A stretch of DNA of 64,000 bases from an uncultured Solirubrobacterales bacterium (GTDB taxonomy: Bacteria; Actinomycetota; Thermoleophilia; Solirubrobacterales; 70-9), in NCBI GenBank assembly GCA_963774405.1, contig CAVZEV010000003.1:6386-70385 (forward strand), written 5' to 3'. Positions within the stretch are counted from its first letter, which is position 1, and each line of letters starts with the position of its first letter. This document shows, piece after piece, positions 1 through 10,525 of this stretch. A model generated the notes under the pieces. It was not told the origin of the DNA, ran no database searches, and was given only the letters and a program-made list of their open reading frames with translations. A program made the position numbers and the translations under genes.

Positions 1-543
1 CCTTGGTGATGCCGACCCGCGGGCCGGTCAGCACCTCGGGGGCGTCCCCCTCGGGCGGCTGAATCAGGAAGGGGGCGCGGCTGAGGTCGGCCCGGTTCTG
101 CTCGAGGCCGATCCCCAGCGCCTCGGTCAGCTTGCCGGGCCCCGAGCAGAGATCGCGGTCGGGCCGTTCGCCCCGGCGCTCCCTCATCTGCGCCAGGCCT
201 GCGGTCGGCTCCAGCGCCCGAATCAGCACCGCCGCCGCCTCACCCTCGGGTTCGGCGACGAAATTGAGCAGCGAGTGGATGCCGTAGGAGAGGTAGACGT
301 AGGCGCGGCCGGGCGGCCCGAAGAGGGCCTCGGTGCGGTCGGTGAGGCCGACGTAGGCGTGGCAGGCGGGGTCGTCGCGCTCGTAGCTCTCGGTCTCGAC
401 GATCATGCCGCCGCAGCCGGCGAAGAAGAGCTGGCAGCCGATCAACTCGCGGGCGACGAGGTGGACAGAGCGATCGAAGAAGTTAGCCCCCAACCGCCCT
501 GCGAGCGGTTGGGCCCGGCCCTCAGACCCTGCCGCCCGGCTAT

Positions 544-547
<4 letters not shown>
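1..547 (-). CDS. mpg: DNA-3-methyladenine glycosylase (Mpg/AAG family); C-terminus cut by window edge
   Basis: Absent from the ORF track because it runs off the edge. My minus-strand translation reads ...GANFFDRSVHLVARELIGCQLFFAGCGGMIVETESYERDDPACHAYVGLTDRTEALFGPPGRAYVYLSYGIHSLLNFV..., typical of methylpurine glycosylases. The GTG at 547 overlaps the argH stop as GTGA. Confidence 0.72.
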
Positions 548-1935
<1,388 letters not shown>

Positions 1936-1945
1936 GAGCGGGCGA

Positions 1946-3100
1946 TTATTCCCTGATTTCGCCCTGACCGACCGCCCTCGCCAGCTGCTGACAGACGCGG
2001 TCCACCTGCGCCTCGCTGAGCGAGGGGAAGAAGGGCAGCGCCAGCGAGTGCGCCGAGGCGGCTTCGGCGACCGGGAACTGGCCCTCGCCGTAGCCGAGCT
2101 CGCGCAGGTGCGGGAAGAGGTGGATGCAGGGCAGGTAGGCCTTGCTCGCAACACCGCGCTCGGCCAAGCGGGCGATCGTCGCGTCGCGGTCGATCTCCTC
2201 GTCGAGCCGGACGACGTAGACGAACCAGCTGCGCCGCTCGGACCCGCGGACGGCGATCGGTGCTTCAACGCCCTCGATGTCCTCCAGCCGCTCGGCGTAC
2301 ATCGCCGCGACCCGCTCGCGGGCGGCCAACATCTCGGTCAGCTTCTCGACCTGGGCGACACCGAGCGCGGCGGCGAGGTCGGAGAGCCGGTAGTTGAAGC
2401 CGAGGCCGCCGTGGTCGAGCCAGCCCATGTCGGCGGCGCGTCCCTGGTTGCGCTCGCTGCGCAGGCGGGCCGCCACGGTCGCATCGCCGGGGACGATCAT
2501 CCCCCCCTCCCCCGTCGTCATCTGCTTGTTGGCGTAGAAGGCGAAGGTGGCGAGGTGGCCCCTGGCGCCGACCCTGCGGCCCTCGCAGTCGACCGCGCCG
2601 AGCGCCTCGCAGGCGTCCTCGAGCAGGCCGAGGTCGTGCTTGGCCGCCAGCGCCTCCAGCTCGGGCATCGCCGCCGGCCAGCCGAAGATGTGGACCGGCA
2701 GGATCCCGGCCGTGCGCTCGCCGACCGCGGCCGCGACGGCCTCCGGGTCGAGATTGAGCGTGAGCGGGTCGACGTCGCAGAAGACCGGCCGCGCGCCCTC
2801 ATACAGCAGGCAGTTGGCCGAGGCGACGAAGCTGAAGGGGCTGGTCAGCACCTCGTCGCCCTCTCCCCAGCCGAGCGCTCGCACCCCCAGATGCAAACCG
2901 GTCGTGCCACTGGAGACGGCGACCGCGTCCTCGACCCCGAGCCACTCGGCGAAAGCGCGCTCGAAGCGCTCACCCATCGGCCCCAACGAGAGCCGCCCCG
3001 AGCGCAACACCTCCAGCACCAACTCCTCCTCCCGCCCCCCCAGCTCAGGCCGCGCCAGCGGAATATCCGCCGACGGGCCGGTTTCGTGACGTATCGTCAC
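1946..3100 (-). CDS. DegT/DnrJ/EryC1/StrS-family PLP-dependent aminotransferase
   Basis: ORF 1946..3208. The body (IPLARPELGGREEELVLEVLRSGRLSLGP...FYANKQMTTGEGGMIV...) is typical of sugar-type aminotransferases. I chose the GTG at 3100 because it overlaps the cimA stop as GTGA. Confidence 0.8.
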   Translation of the reverse strand: MTIRHETGPSADIPLARPELGGREEELVLEVLRSGRLSLGPMGERFERAFAEWLGVEDAVAVSSGTTGLHLGVRALGWGEGDEVLTSPFSFVASANCLLYEGARPVFCDVDPLTLNLDPEAVAAAVGERTAGILPVHIFGWPAAMPELEALAAKHDLGLLEDACEALGAVDCEGRRVGARGHLATFAFYANKQMTTGEGGMIVPGDATVAARLRSERNQGRAADMGWLDHGGLGFNYRLSDLAAALGVAQVEKLTEMLAARERVAAMYAERLEDIEGVEAPIAVRGSERRSWFVYVVRLDEEIDRDATIARLAERGVASKAYLPCIHLFPHLRELGYGEGQFPVAEAASAHSLALPFFPSLSEAQVDRVCQQLARAVGQGEIRE

Positions 3101-4677
3101 GCTTCCGGCCCGTCGGCCCCGGGGGGCTGGAAGGGGTAGGCGAGTGAGTCGACAAGGGCCTCCCAGGAGGCCTCGATTATGTTCTCGGAGACGCCGATCG
3201 TGCCCCACTCGCGCTTGCCGTCGGTCGAGTCGAGCAGGACGCGGGTGACCGCCCCGGTGCCGTGGTTCTCGTCGAGGATGCGCACCTTGTAGTTGGTCAG
3301 CTCGACCTCGGCGAGGTGCGGGTGACGGGCGCCAATCGCGGCGCGCAGGGCCTTGTCGAGCGCGTTGACCGGGCCGTTGCCCTCGGCCACCTCGACGTAG
3401 CGCTCGCCGTCGACGACGACCTTGATCGTCGCCTCGGTTTCGACTCGGCTGCCCTCGCGCTTCTCGGTGGTGACGCGGAAGCTCTCCAGCTCGAAGAGCG
3501 GCTCATAGACCCCGGCCTCGCGCCGCAGCAGCAGCTCGAAGGAGGCCTGTGCCGCCTCGTAGTGGTAGCCGCGGTGCTCGCGCTGCTTGAGTCGCTCGAC
3601 CGCTCCAGTGGCGGCCTCGTCGTCGAGCTCGAGCCCGGCGCGCGCGGCGGCGCTGCGGATCGTCGCCTTGCCGGAGAGCTCGGAGGCGAGGATCTCGCGC
3701 TCGTTGCCAACGACGGCGGGGTCGAGGTGCTCGAAGGTGCCGGCGTCGGTCGCGACCCCGGCCGCGTGCATGCCGGCCTTGTGGGCGAAGGCGTTGCGGC
3801 CGACGTAGGCCCGGTCGGGGTTCGGCGTCATGTTGCAGAGCTCGTCGAGGTAGTGCGAGGTCGGGGTCAGGCTCGCCAGCTGCTCGGGGGCGACCACCTC
3901 GAAGCCCATCTTCAGCTGCAGCGCCGGCAGGATCGAGGCGAGGTTGGCATTGCCGCAGCGCTCGCCGTAGCCGTTGACGCAGCCCTGGACGAGGCGGGCG
4001 CCGGCTTCGACCGCGGCGAGCGAGTTGGCGACCGCGCACTCGGAGTCGTTGTGGGTGTGGATGCCGACCTCGCAGCGGTCGGCCAGGTCGGCGACCACGG
4101 CCGCCGTGGCCGCGGCGACGAAGGCCGGCAGGCTGCCGCCGTTGGTGTCGCAGAGGGTGACGTTCTCGGCCCCCGCCTCGGCGGCGGCGCGCACGCACTC
4201 GAGCGCGTAGGCGGAATCGTCGGCGTAGCCGTCGAAGAAGTGCTCGGCGTCGAAGACCGGCCGCTTTCCCTGGGCTCGCAGGAAGGCGATCGAGTCGGCG
4301 ATCATCGCCAGGTTCTCCTCGGGCGTCACCTTGATCACCTTGTCGACGTGCAGACGCCAGCTCTTGCCGACCAGGCAGACCACGGGCGCGAAGCTCTCGA
4401 CCAGCACCCGCAGGGCCGCGTCGTCCTCGGCGGCAACGTCGCGGCGCCGGGTCATGCCGAAGGCGGCGATCGTCGCCTGCTGCAGCCGCAGGTCGGCGAG
4501 CCGCTCGAAGAGCTCCGCCTCCTTCGGGTTGGAGCTGGGGAAGCCGGCCTCGATGAAGTGGACGCCAAGGCCGTCGAGGGCCTCGACGACCTTGAGCTTC
4601 TCGCCCACGGAGAGCGACATTCCCTGACCGCCCATGCCGTCCCGCAGGGTGGTGTCGTAGAGCTTTACCTGTTCCAT
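3097..4677 (-). CDS. cimA: (R)-citramalate synthase (LeuA/CimA family, CimA-like)
   Basis: 526 aa: MEQVKLYDTTLRDGMGGQGMSLSVGEKLKVVEALDGLGVHFIEAGFPSSNPKEAELF... with a C-terminal LeuA-dimer-type regulatory domain. It is distinct from the bona fide leuA at 13093. Confidence 0.8.
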   Translation of the reverse strand: MEQVKLYDTTLRDGMGGQGMSLSVGEKLKVVEALDGLGVHFIEAGFPSSNPKEAELFERLADLRLQQATIAAFGMTRRRDVAAEDDAALRVLVESFAPVVCLVGKSWRLHVDKVIKVTPEENLAMIADSIAFLRAQGKRPVFDAEHFFDGYADDSAYALECVRAAAEAGAENVTLCDTNGGSLPAFVAAATAAVVADLADRCEVGIHTHNDSECAVANSLAAVEAGARLVQGCVNGYGERCGNANLASILPALQLKMGFEVVAPEQLASLTPTSHYLDELCNMTPNPDRAYVGRNAFAHKAGMHAAGVATDAGTFEHLDPAVVGNEREILASELSGKATIRSAAARAGLELDDEAATGAVERLKQREHRGYHYEAAQASFELLLRREAGVYEPLFELESFRVTTEKREGSRVETEATIKVVVDGERYVEVAEGNGPVNALDKALRAAIGARHPHLAEVELTNYKVRILDENHGTGAVTRVLLDSTDGKREWGTIGVSENIIEASWEALVDSLAYPFQPPGADGPEA

Positions 4678-4694
4678 CTGATGCCTTTCGAGTC

Positions 4695-4722
4695 GAAAAT
4701 CGGGGGCGCCCCAGGGAGGCGC
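4695..4722 (-). terminator. hairpin plus short U-run between ilvE and cimA (terminator or attenuator candidate)
   Basis: The minus-strand RNA reads GCGCCUC-ccu-GGGGCGC followed by CCCCGAUUUUC, about 25 nt before the cimA ATG. Confidence 0.3.
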
Positions 4723-4802
4723 GTCGCGCGCGGGTGGTGTGAGCCGCGCCAGCCGCTAGGCGGCTGCGGTAATTCGCCCGATCGAGTCGAAACGCGTGTG
4801 CA

Positions 4803-5753
4803 TCAGGAACTGACCTTACTCGGTTGGTCAGCCCCGGCCGGGGCCTCGACGAAGTCGAGCCACTCAAGGTACTCCTCGGCGCGGCCGTGCAGGGCGTCGT
4901 CAAGCTTCTTCTGGATCACCCGCGTGATCTCGCCGGGCTCGCCGATCGGGTGGTCATCGATCTCCCGCACGGGCACCAGCTCGGCGGCGGTTCCGGTGAG
5001 GAAGACCTCGTCGGCGAGATAGAGCTCGGCGCGGGCGATGTCGCGCTCTTCGACCGCGTAGCCGAGGTCGCGCGCGATCTGCACCACCGAGGCCCGCGTG
5101 ATCCCGTCGAGGATCGCGTTTGTGTGACCGGGCGTGACCAGCACGCCGTCGCGGATGACGAAGACGTTCTCGCCTGAGCCCTCCGAGACGTGGCCGTGCT
5201 GGTCGAGCAGGATCGCCTCTTCGTAGCCGGCCTTCTGCGCCTCGGTCTTGGCCAGGATCGAGTTGAGGTATTGCCCAGAGGCCTTGGCGTGCGGGATCAG
5301 GCTCTCGCCGGAGATCGCCCGCCAGGAGGAGACGGTGGTGCGAATGCCGTGCCTGGCGCCGTCCTCGCCGAGGTAGACGCCCCAGGGGAAGGCGGCGACG
5401 ATCACGTCGACCGGGGCGTCAGTCGCGTAGAGGCCGAGGCTGCCGTAGCCACGGAAGGCGAGCGGGCGGATATAGCAGGAGCCAAGCTCGTTGCGACGCA
5501 CCAGCTCACGCGTGGCGGCGGCGATCTCCTCTGGCGCGTAGGGCAGCTCCAGGTAGTAGAGCTCGGCCGACTTGGCGAGGCGGTCGAGGTGGTCGGCGTG
5601 GCGGAAGATCGCCGGGCCGCGCTCGGTCTCGTAGCAGCGCACGCCCTCGAAGACCCCGGTGCCGTAGTGCAGGGCATGGCTGAGGACGTGGACCTTGGCG
5701 TCCTCCCAGGGCACGAACTCGCCGTTGTGCCAAATCAACTCGGCCGTATCCAT
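4803..5753 (-). CDS. ilvE: branched-chain amino acid aminotransferase
   Basis: 316 aa class-IV aminotransferase: MDTAELIWHNGEFVPWEDAKVHVLSHALHYGTGVFEGVRCYE... Confidence 0.93.
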   Translation of the reverse strand: MDTAELIWHNGEFVPWEDAKVHVLSHALHYGTGVFEGVRCYETERGPAIFRHADHLDRLAKSAELYYLELPYAPEEIAAATRELVRRNELGSCYIRPLAFRGYGSLGLYATDAPVDVIVAAFPWGVYLGEDGARHGIRTTVSSWRAISGESLIPHAKASGQYLNSILAKTEAQKAGYEEAILLDQHGHVSEGSGENVFVIRDGVLVTPGHTNAILDGITRASVVQIARDLGYAVEERDIARAELYLADEVFLTGTAAELVPVREIDDHPIGEPGEITRVIQKKLDDALHGRAEEYLEWLDFVEAPAGADQPSKVSS

Positions 5754-5837
5754 GTTCGGGGAAGTATGCCCGATCGCGCAAGGTCATTCGAGCCGAGCCG
5801 AGAAAAGGATCGGGTCAACCGCAAAGGAGACCACTTC

Positions 5838-6626
5838 ATGCTCACCGCAGTTCGCCAGAGACTCACCTACTCGAACGTGATCGCCACGATGGCGCTCTTC
5901 CTCGCTCTCGGCGGTGTAGCCGTCGCCGCCGGCCTGCCCCGCAACAGCGTCGGGCCCAAGCAGCTCAAGCGCGGCGCCGTGACCGCGGCCAAGCTGCGCA
6001 AGCACGCCGTCACCAGCGCCAAGCTGGCGACCGGGGCGGTGACGATCGGCAAGCTCGGGCCCAACGCGATCGCGCCTCGCAACATCGGCAACGGCGCCGT
6101 CACGACACCGAAGCTTGGCAGCGGCTCGGTGATCGCCTCGACGATCAAGAACGGCGTCGTCACCACCAACAAGCTGAAGAACGAAAACGTGACGACGCCG
6201 AAGCTGGCCAACGAATCGGTAACCACCGCCAAGCTGGGCAAAGGCTCGGTGACGGCAGCCAAGCTGAGTGACGAAATCGGGCCGATCCTGGCAACGCTGA
6301 AATCGGGGCAGACCCTGCGCGGGATGTTCGACGTGGGCGGGATGGAAGTGGCCCGCGGCGGCGTCAGTTACCAGTTCCCGCTGCTCAACCCCCCGACGGT
6401 GACGATGCTCAAACCGGGAGAAACGAACGCCAACTGCGCCGGGCTCGGCGGCGGCAACCAGCAGACCCCCCAAGCCACCCCTGGCAACCTCTGTGTCTAC
6501 GTGACTGAAGAAGTTGGCACGCCCGGGATGGCGGTCGAGCACAGCAGCCGCCTCGGCTTCGGACTAAAAACCTCAGGGTCCGGGGACGTCGCAATCTCCG
6601 GCCAGTGGGCCGTAACCGCCCCCTGA
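5838..6626 (+). CDS. membrane-anchored or secreted protein with 11 tandem decapeptide repeats
   Basis: The ATG at 5838 is preceded by AAGGAG. An N-terminal hydrophobic helix (IATMALFLALGGVAVAAG) is followed by xAVTxxKLxx repeats and a ~115-aa C-terminal domain. I recognise no family. Confidence 0.65.
   Translation: MLTAVRQRLTYSNVIATMALFLALGGVAVAAGLPRNSVGPKQLKRGAVTAAKLRKHAVTSAKLATGAVTIGKLGPNAIAPRNIGNGAVTTPKLGSGSVIASTIKNGVVTTNKLKNENVTTPKLANESVTTAKLGKGSVTAAKLSDEIGPILATLKSGQTLRGMFDVGGMEVARGGVSYQFPLLNPPTVTMLKPGETNANCAGLGGGNQQTPQATPGNLCVYVTEEVGTPGMAVEHSSRLGFGLKTSGSGDVAISGQWAVTAP
5943..6272 (+). repeat. 11 degenerate 30-bp (10-aa) tandem repeats inside the CDS
   Basis: NSVGPKQLKR GAVTAAKLRK HAVTSAKLAT GAVTIGKLGP NAIAPRNIGN GAVTTPKLGS GSVIASTIKN GVVTTNKLKN ENVTTPKLAN ESVTTAKLGK GSVTAAKLSD. 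Confidence 0.85.
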
Positions 6627-6632
6627 CCACCG

Positions 6633-6679
6633 TTCCGGTGCGCCTTATGTGGCTCCGGGCCACATAAGGCGCACCGGAA
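6633..6679. repeat. REP-like perfect hairpin with 21-bp stem (CCGGTGCGCCTT family, copy 1)
   Basis: TTCCGGTGCGCCTTATGTGGC-tccgg-GCCACATAAGGCGCACCGGAA, located between two convergent stop codons (6626 and 6690). Confidence 0.9.
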
Positions 6680-6689
6680 GCCCAGGGGC

Positions 6690-7760
6690 TCAGGCCAGCT
6701 CGGCCAGTACGGCCTCGGTGACCTCGTCGGTGCCGACCGCGGTCTCCCCCGCACCCGCCAGGTCGGGGGTGCGCAGGCCGCGGTCGAGGACGGCGTCGAC
6801 GGCCGTCTCGATCCTTGCCGCCTCGTCGGGCCGGTCGAGGCCGTGGCGCAGCATCATTGCCGCCGAGAGAAAGGTGGCGAGCGGATTGGCGATGCCCTGG
6901 CCGGCGATGTCGGGGGCGGAGCCATGGACCGGCTCGAAGAGACCGGGCTCGCCGTCGGCGCCGAGGCTGGCCGAGGGCAGCATGCCGAGCGAGCCGGTGA
7001 GCATCGCCGACTCGTCGCTGAGGATGTCGCCGAAGAGGTTCTCGGTGACGATCACGTCGAAATCGGCCGGGCGTGAGACCAGCTGCATCGCCGCGTTGTC
7101 GACCAGCAGATGGTCGAGGGTCACGTCCGGGTAATCGGGCGCGACGCGGCCGACCACCTCGCGCCAGAGGCGGGAGGTCTCGAGCACGTTGGCCTTGTCG
7201 ACCGAGGTGACCCGGGGCTCGCGGTCGGTGCCGGCGGCGCGGCGCCGGGCGGCCTCGAAGCCGACTCGGGCGATGCGCTCGATTTCAGCGGCGGAGTACT
7301 CGCAGGTGTCATGGGCCACGTCGCCCTCGCGGCCGGAATCGCCGAAGTAGATGCCGCCGGTCAGCTCGCGGACGACGAGCAGGTCGGTGTCGGCGATGAG
7401 CTCAGGACGCAGCGGGCTGGCGCCGACCAGTGCCGGGCTCGGGCGCACCGGGCGCAGGTTGGCGTAGAGGCCCATGCCCTTGCGCAGGCCGAGCAGGCCC
7501 TGCTCGGGCCGCGGCGCGTCGGGGTCGGTGGTGTCCCACTTGGGACCGCCGACGGCGCCGAGGAGAACGGCGTCGGCAGCGCGGCAGGCAGCCAGCACCT
7601 CGTCGGTGAGCGCGGTGCCGTGCTCGTCAATCGAGCAGCCGCCCATCAGCTGATCCTCGAACTCGAACTCGCCAAGCGCCTCAAGCAGACGGCGGGCGGC
7701 GGCGACGATTTCGGGGCCGATCCCATCGCCGGCCAACAGGACTATGCGGGGGGCGCTCAT
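6690..7760 (-). CDS. leuB: 3-isopropylmalate dehydrogenase
   Basis: 356 aa: [19 protein letters not shown]...; matches the isocitrate/isopropylmalate dehydrogenase family throughout. Confidence 0.95.
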   Translation of the reverse strand: MSAPRIVLLAGDGIGPEIVAAARRLLEALGEFEFEDQLMGGCSIDEHGTALTDEVLAACRAADAVLLGAVGGPKWDTTDPDAPRPEQGLLGLRKGMGLYANLRPVRPSPALVGASPLRPELIADTDLLVVRELTGGIYFGDSGREGDVAHDTCEYSAAEIERIARVGFEAARRRAAGTDREPRVTSVDKANVLETSRLWREVVGRVAPDYPDVTLDHLLVDNAAMQLVSRPADFDVIVTENLFGDILSDESAMLTGSLGMLPSASLGADGEPGLFEPVHGSAPDIAGQGIANPLATFLSAAMMLRHGLDRPDEAARIETAVDAVLDRGLRTPDLAGAGETAVGTDEVTEAVLAELA

Positions 7761-7798
7761 CGCTGCGGCACTCTAGTCGCGCAGGAGCCCGAGTGGAC

Positions 7799-8560
7799 TC
7801 AAGCAGCGGCGCGGGCTTCGATGTTGAGCCGCACGTAGTCCATCGCCAGGGGATCGGGTTCAGCGGCCAGAACATCGGCGACGAAGGGCTCGCGCAGGGG
7901 CTCCGGCAGCCGGTCCATGTGCGGGCCGAGGCAGACCGTGGCGAGGAACTCGGCGGGACTTGGCGGCACGATCCGCCATGGCTGCAGCCACGCTCGCGCC
8001 TCGGCGAAGCCCGCACGCGCCAGGCGTTCCTCGGTCTCCTCGGCACCCGCGTAGTTCCAGGGCTCCTCGAAGCCGACGAAGTGAGCCGCGTAGGGCTCGC
8101 GCTCCTGCAGCCTCCGCGTCACCTCGCGCAGGCGGTCGATGTTGCCGGCGCCGCCGCATTGGGCGGCAAATCTCCCACCCGGGCGCAGCACGCCGTGCAG
8201 AGCGCTGAAGAGCGCATCGTGGTCGAGCACCCAGTGAAAGACGGCGCTGGAGAAGATCGCGTCGACCTCCTCGTCAAGCCGCAGCTCGACCAGATCCGAG
8301 ACATGTGCCTCGTCCTGCGGTCGCAGCACCTCGCGCACCTTCTCGACCATCGAGGGCGAGCCATCGATGGCGACCACGCGTCCCGCGGGCAGGCGCTCGA
8401 TCAGCAATGAGGTGACACGGCCGCTGCCGCAGCCGGCGTCGAGGACCGTCTCGTCTCCGCCCAACTCAAGGCGGTCGAGGATCGACCTCGCCCACTCCTC
8501 GTGCGGGACCGAGACGCGCTGGTAGCTCGCCGCGTCCCAGTCCCGCGTCGCCGAGGCCAT
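7799..8560 (-). CDS. SAM-dependent methyltransferase, trans-aconitate methyltransferase (Tam)-like
   Basis: The ATG at 8560 (MASATRDWDAASYQRVSVPHEEW...VLDAGCGSGRVT...VVAIDGSPSMV...AIFSSAVFHWVLDHDALF...LRPGGRFAAQ) parallels the E. coli Tam layout. The start overlaps the leuD stop (TGATG). Confidence 0.75.
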   Translation of the reverse strand: MASATRDWDAASYQRVSVPHEEWARSILDRLELGGDETVLDAGCGSGRVTSLLIERLPAGRVVAIDGSPSMVEKVREVLRPQDEAHVSDLVELRLDEEVDAIFSSAVFHWVLDHDALFSALHGVLRPGGRFAAQCGGAGNIDRLREVTRRLQEREPYAAHFVGFEEPWNYAGAEETEERLARAGFAEARAWLQPWRIVPPSPAEFLATVCLGPHMDRLPEPLREPFVADVLAAEPDPLAMDYVRLNIEARAAA

Positions 8561-9123
8561 CAGAGCGCTGTCGTGACCGGCCCGCGCTCGGCGCCGCCGG
8601 CCTGCTCGAAGCTGTCGATCGCGGCGGCGTTCTCGAGCGTGATGCCGATGTCGTCGAGGCCGTTGAGCAGGCGGTGCTTGACGTCGGGCTCGACCGCGAA
8701 CTCGAAGACGCCCGCGGCGCAGGTGATCGTCTCGTCGTCGACGTCGATCCGCGCCTCGCCGGCCTCGGCGACCGCGCGGCAATGCTGCTCGTCGAGGATC
8801 GCCGGCAGCAGCCCGATCTTGGTGCAGTTGGAGTAGAAGATGTCGGCGAAGGACGGCGCCACGATCGCCTGGAAGCCGAAGTCCTCCAGCGCCCAGGGGG
8901 CGTGCTCGCGCGAGGAGCCGCAGCCGAAGTTGGCCCCGGTGACGAGGATCGGGTTCGGCTCCAGCTCGATCTCACCGTCGCGGATCCAGTCGTAGAAGAG
9001 GAACTCGCCGAAGCCGGTCCGCTCGACCCGCTTGAGGAACTGCTTGGGGATGATCTGGTCGGTATCGACGTCGGCCCGGTCCAACACCGAGACCTTGCCC
9101 TCGATCACGTCTATCGGTCTCAT
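8560..9123 (-). CDS. leuD: 3-isopropylmalate dehydratase small subunit
   Basis: MRPIDVIEGKVSVLDRADVDTDQIIPKQFLKRVERTGFGEFLFYDW... with ATG at 9123. The longer ORF to 9324 is LeuC coding sequence read in another frame. Confidence 0.92.
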   Translation of the reverse strand: MRPIDVIEGKVSVLDRADVDTDQIIPKQFLKRVERTGFGEFLFYDWIRDGEIELEPNPILVTGANFGCGSSREHAPWALEDFGFQAIVAPSFADIFYSNCTKIGLLPAILDEQHCRAVAEAGEARIDVDDETITCAAGVFEFAVEPDVKHRLLNGLDDIGITLENAAAIDSFEQAGGAERGPVTTAL

Positions 9124-9125
9124 CT

Positions 9126-10512
9126 TCAGCTCCAGTCTCTGATGTCGACGAAATGTCCCTCGATCGCCGCCGCCGCGGCCATCTTCGGGCTGACCAGGTG
9201 GGTGCGCCCGCCCTTGCCCTGGCGCCCCTCGAAGTTGCGGTTCGAGGTCGAGGCGCAGCGCTCGCCCTCGATCAGGGTGTCGGGGTTCATGCCGAGGCAC
9301 ATCGAGCAGCCCGCCTCGCGCCATTCGAAGCCGGCCGAGCGGAAGACGTCGTGCAGCCCCTCGGCTTCGGCGTTGGCCTTGACCTGCTGGGAGCCGGGCA
9401 CGACCATCGCCCGCACCGAGCCGGCGACCTTGCGGCCGTCGACGATCGCGGCGGCCTCACGCAGGCTCCTCGATCCGCGAGTTGGTGCAGGAGCCGATGA
9501 AGACCCGTTCGGGAGCGACCTCGGTCATCGGCGTGCCGGCCTCCAGGCCCATGTAGGCGAGGGCGCGTTCGGCCGATTCGCGGTCCGCCGGCGAGTCCAT
9601 CGCGGCCGGGTCGGGGACGCTGTCGGTGACCTCGCAGACCATGCCGGGGTTGGTCCCCCAGGTGACCATCGGCGAGATCGCCGAGGCGTCGACGGCGACC
9701 TCGGTGTCGAAGGCGGCACCGTCGTCGCTCGGCAGCTGCCGCCAGCGCTCGGCGGCAGCCTCGAAGTCGGCCGGGGCACCGGGGCGACCGCGGACCCACT
9801 CGATCGTCTTCTCGTCGGGGGCGACCATGCCGGCCCGGCCGCCGCCCTCGATCGTCATGTTGCAGATCGTCATCCGGCCGGGCATCTCCAGGGCCTCGAT
9901 CGCCGGCCCGGCGTACTCGACCGCGTAGCCGGTCATGCCGCCGGTGCCGAGGCGTCCGATCGTCGCCAGGATCAGGTCCTTGGGCGTGACCCCCGAGCCG
10001 AGCTCGCCCGAGTAGGAGATCCGCATCGTCTTCGGCCGCTTCTGCACCAGGCACTGGGTCGCCAGCACGTGCTCGACCTCGGAGGTGCCGATGCCGAAGG
10101 CCAGCGAGCCGAAAGCGCCGTGAGTCGAGGTGTGGCTGTCGCCGCAGACGATCGTCATGCCCGGCTGGGTCACGCCCAGCTCCGGGCCGATCACGTGGAC
10201 GATGCCCTGGCGGTCGGAGCCCAGCGAGTAGACGGGGATGCCGAACTCCTCGCAGTTGCGCTCCAGCGTTTCGACCTGGACCCGCGAAAGCTCGTCGGCG
10301 ATCAGGCGCGCCGCCATCGTGCCGTCGGTGGGGGTGTTGTGGTCGGCGGTGGCCAGGGTCTTGTCGGTGCGGCGCACCGGGCGGCCGGCCAGGCGCAGGC
10401 CGTCGAAGGCCTGGGGCGAGGTGACCTCGTGGACCAGGTGCAGGTCGATGTAGATCAGCCCGTCGGAGACCTCGTGGGCCTCCCAGAGCTTGTCGAACAT
10501 GGTTTGGGGCAT
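9126..10512 (-). pseudogene. leuC: 3-isopropylmalate dehydratase large subunit, single apparent 1-nt insertion frameshift
   Basis: The N-terminal ORF 9457..10512 ends ...[12 protein letters not shown]. The C-terminal ORF 9126..9416 carries ...MVVPGSQQV...[10 protein letters not shown].... Removing one base from GAGGAGCCTGCG (about 9460-9471) restores [28 protein letters not shown]. Confidence 0.9.
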
Positions 10513-10525
10513 CGCTCGCCTCCTC

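Noticed and set aside
4756-4803. 15-aa ORF MHTRFDSIGRITAAA overlapping the ilvE stop (TGATG); possible Ile/Thr leader peptide for cimA.
   Set aside because: It has only two Ile and two Thr codons and no run of regulatory codons, so it is not convincing as an attenuator peptide.
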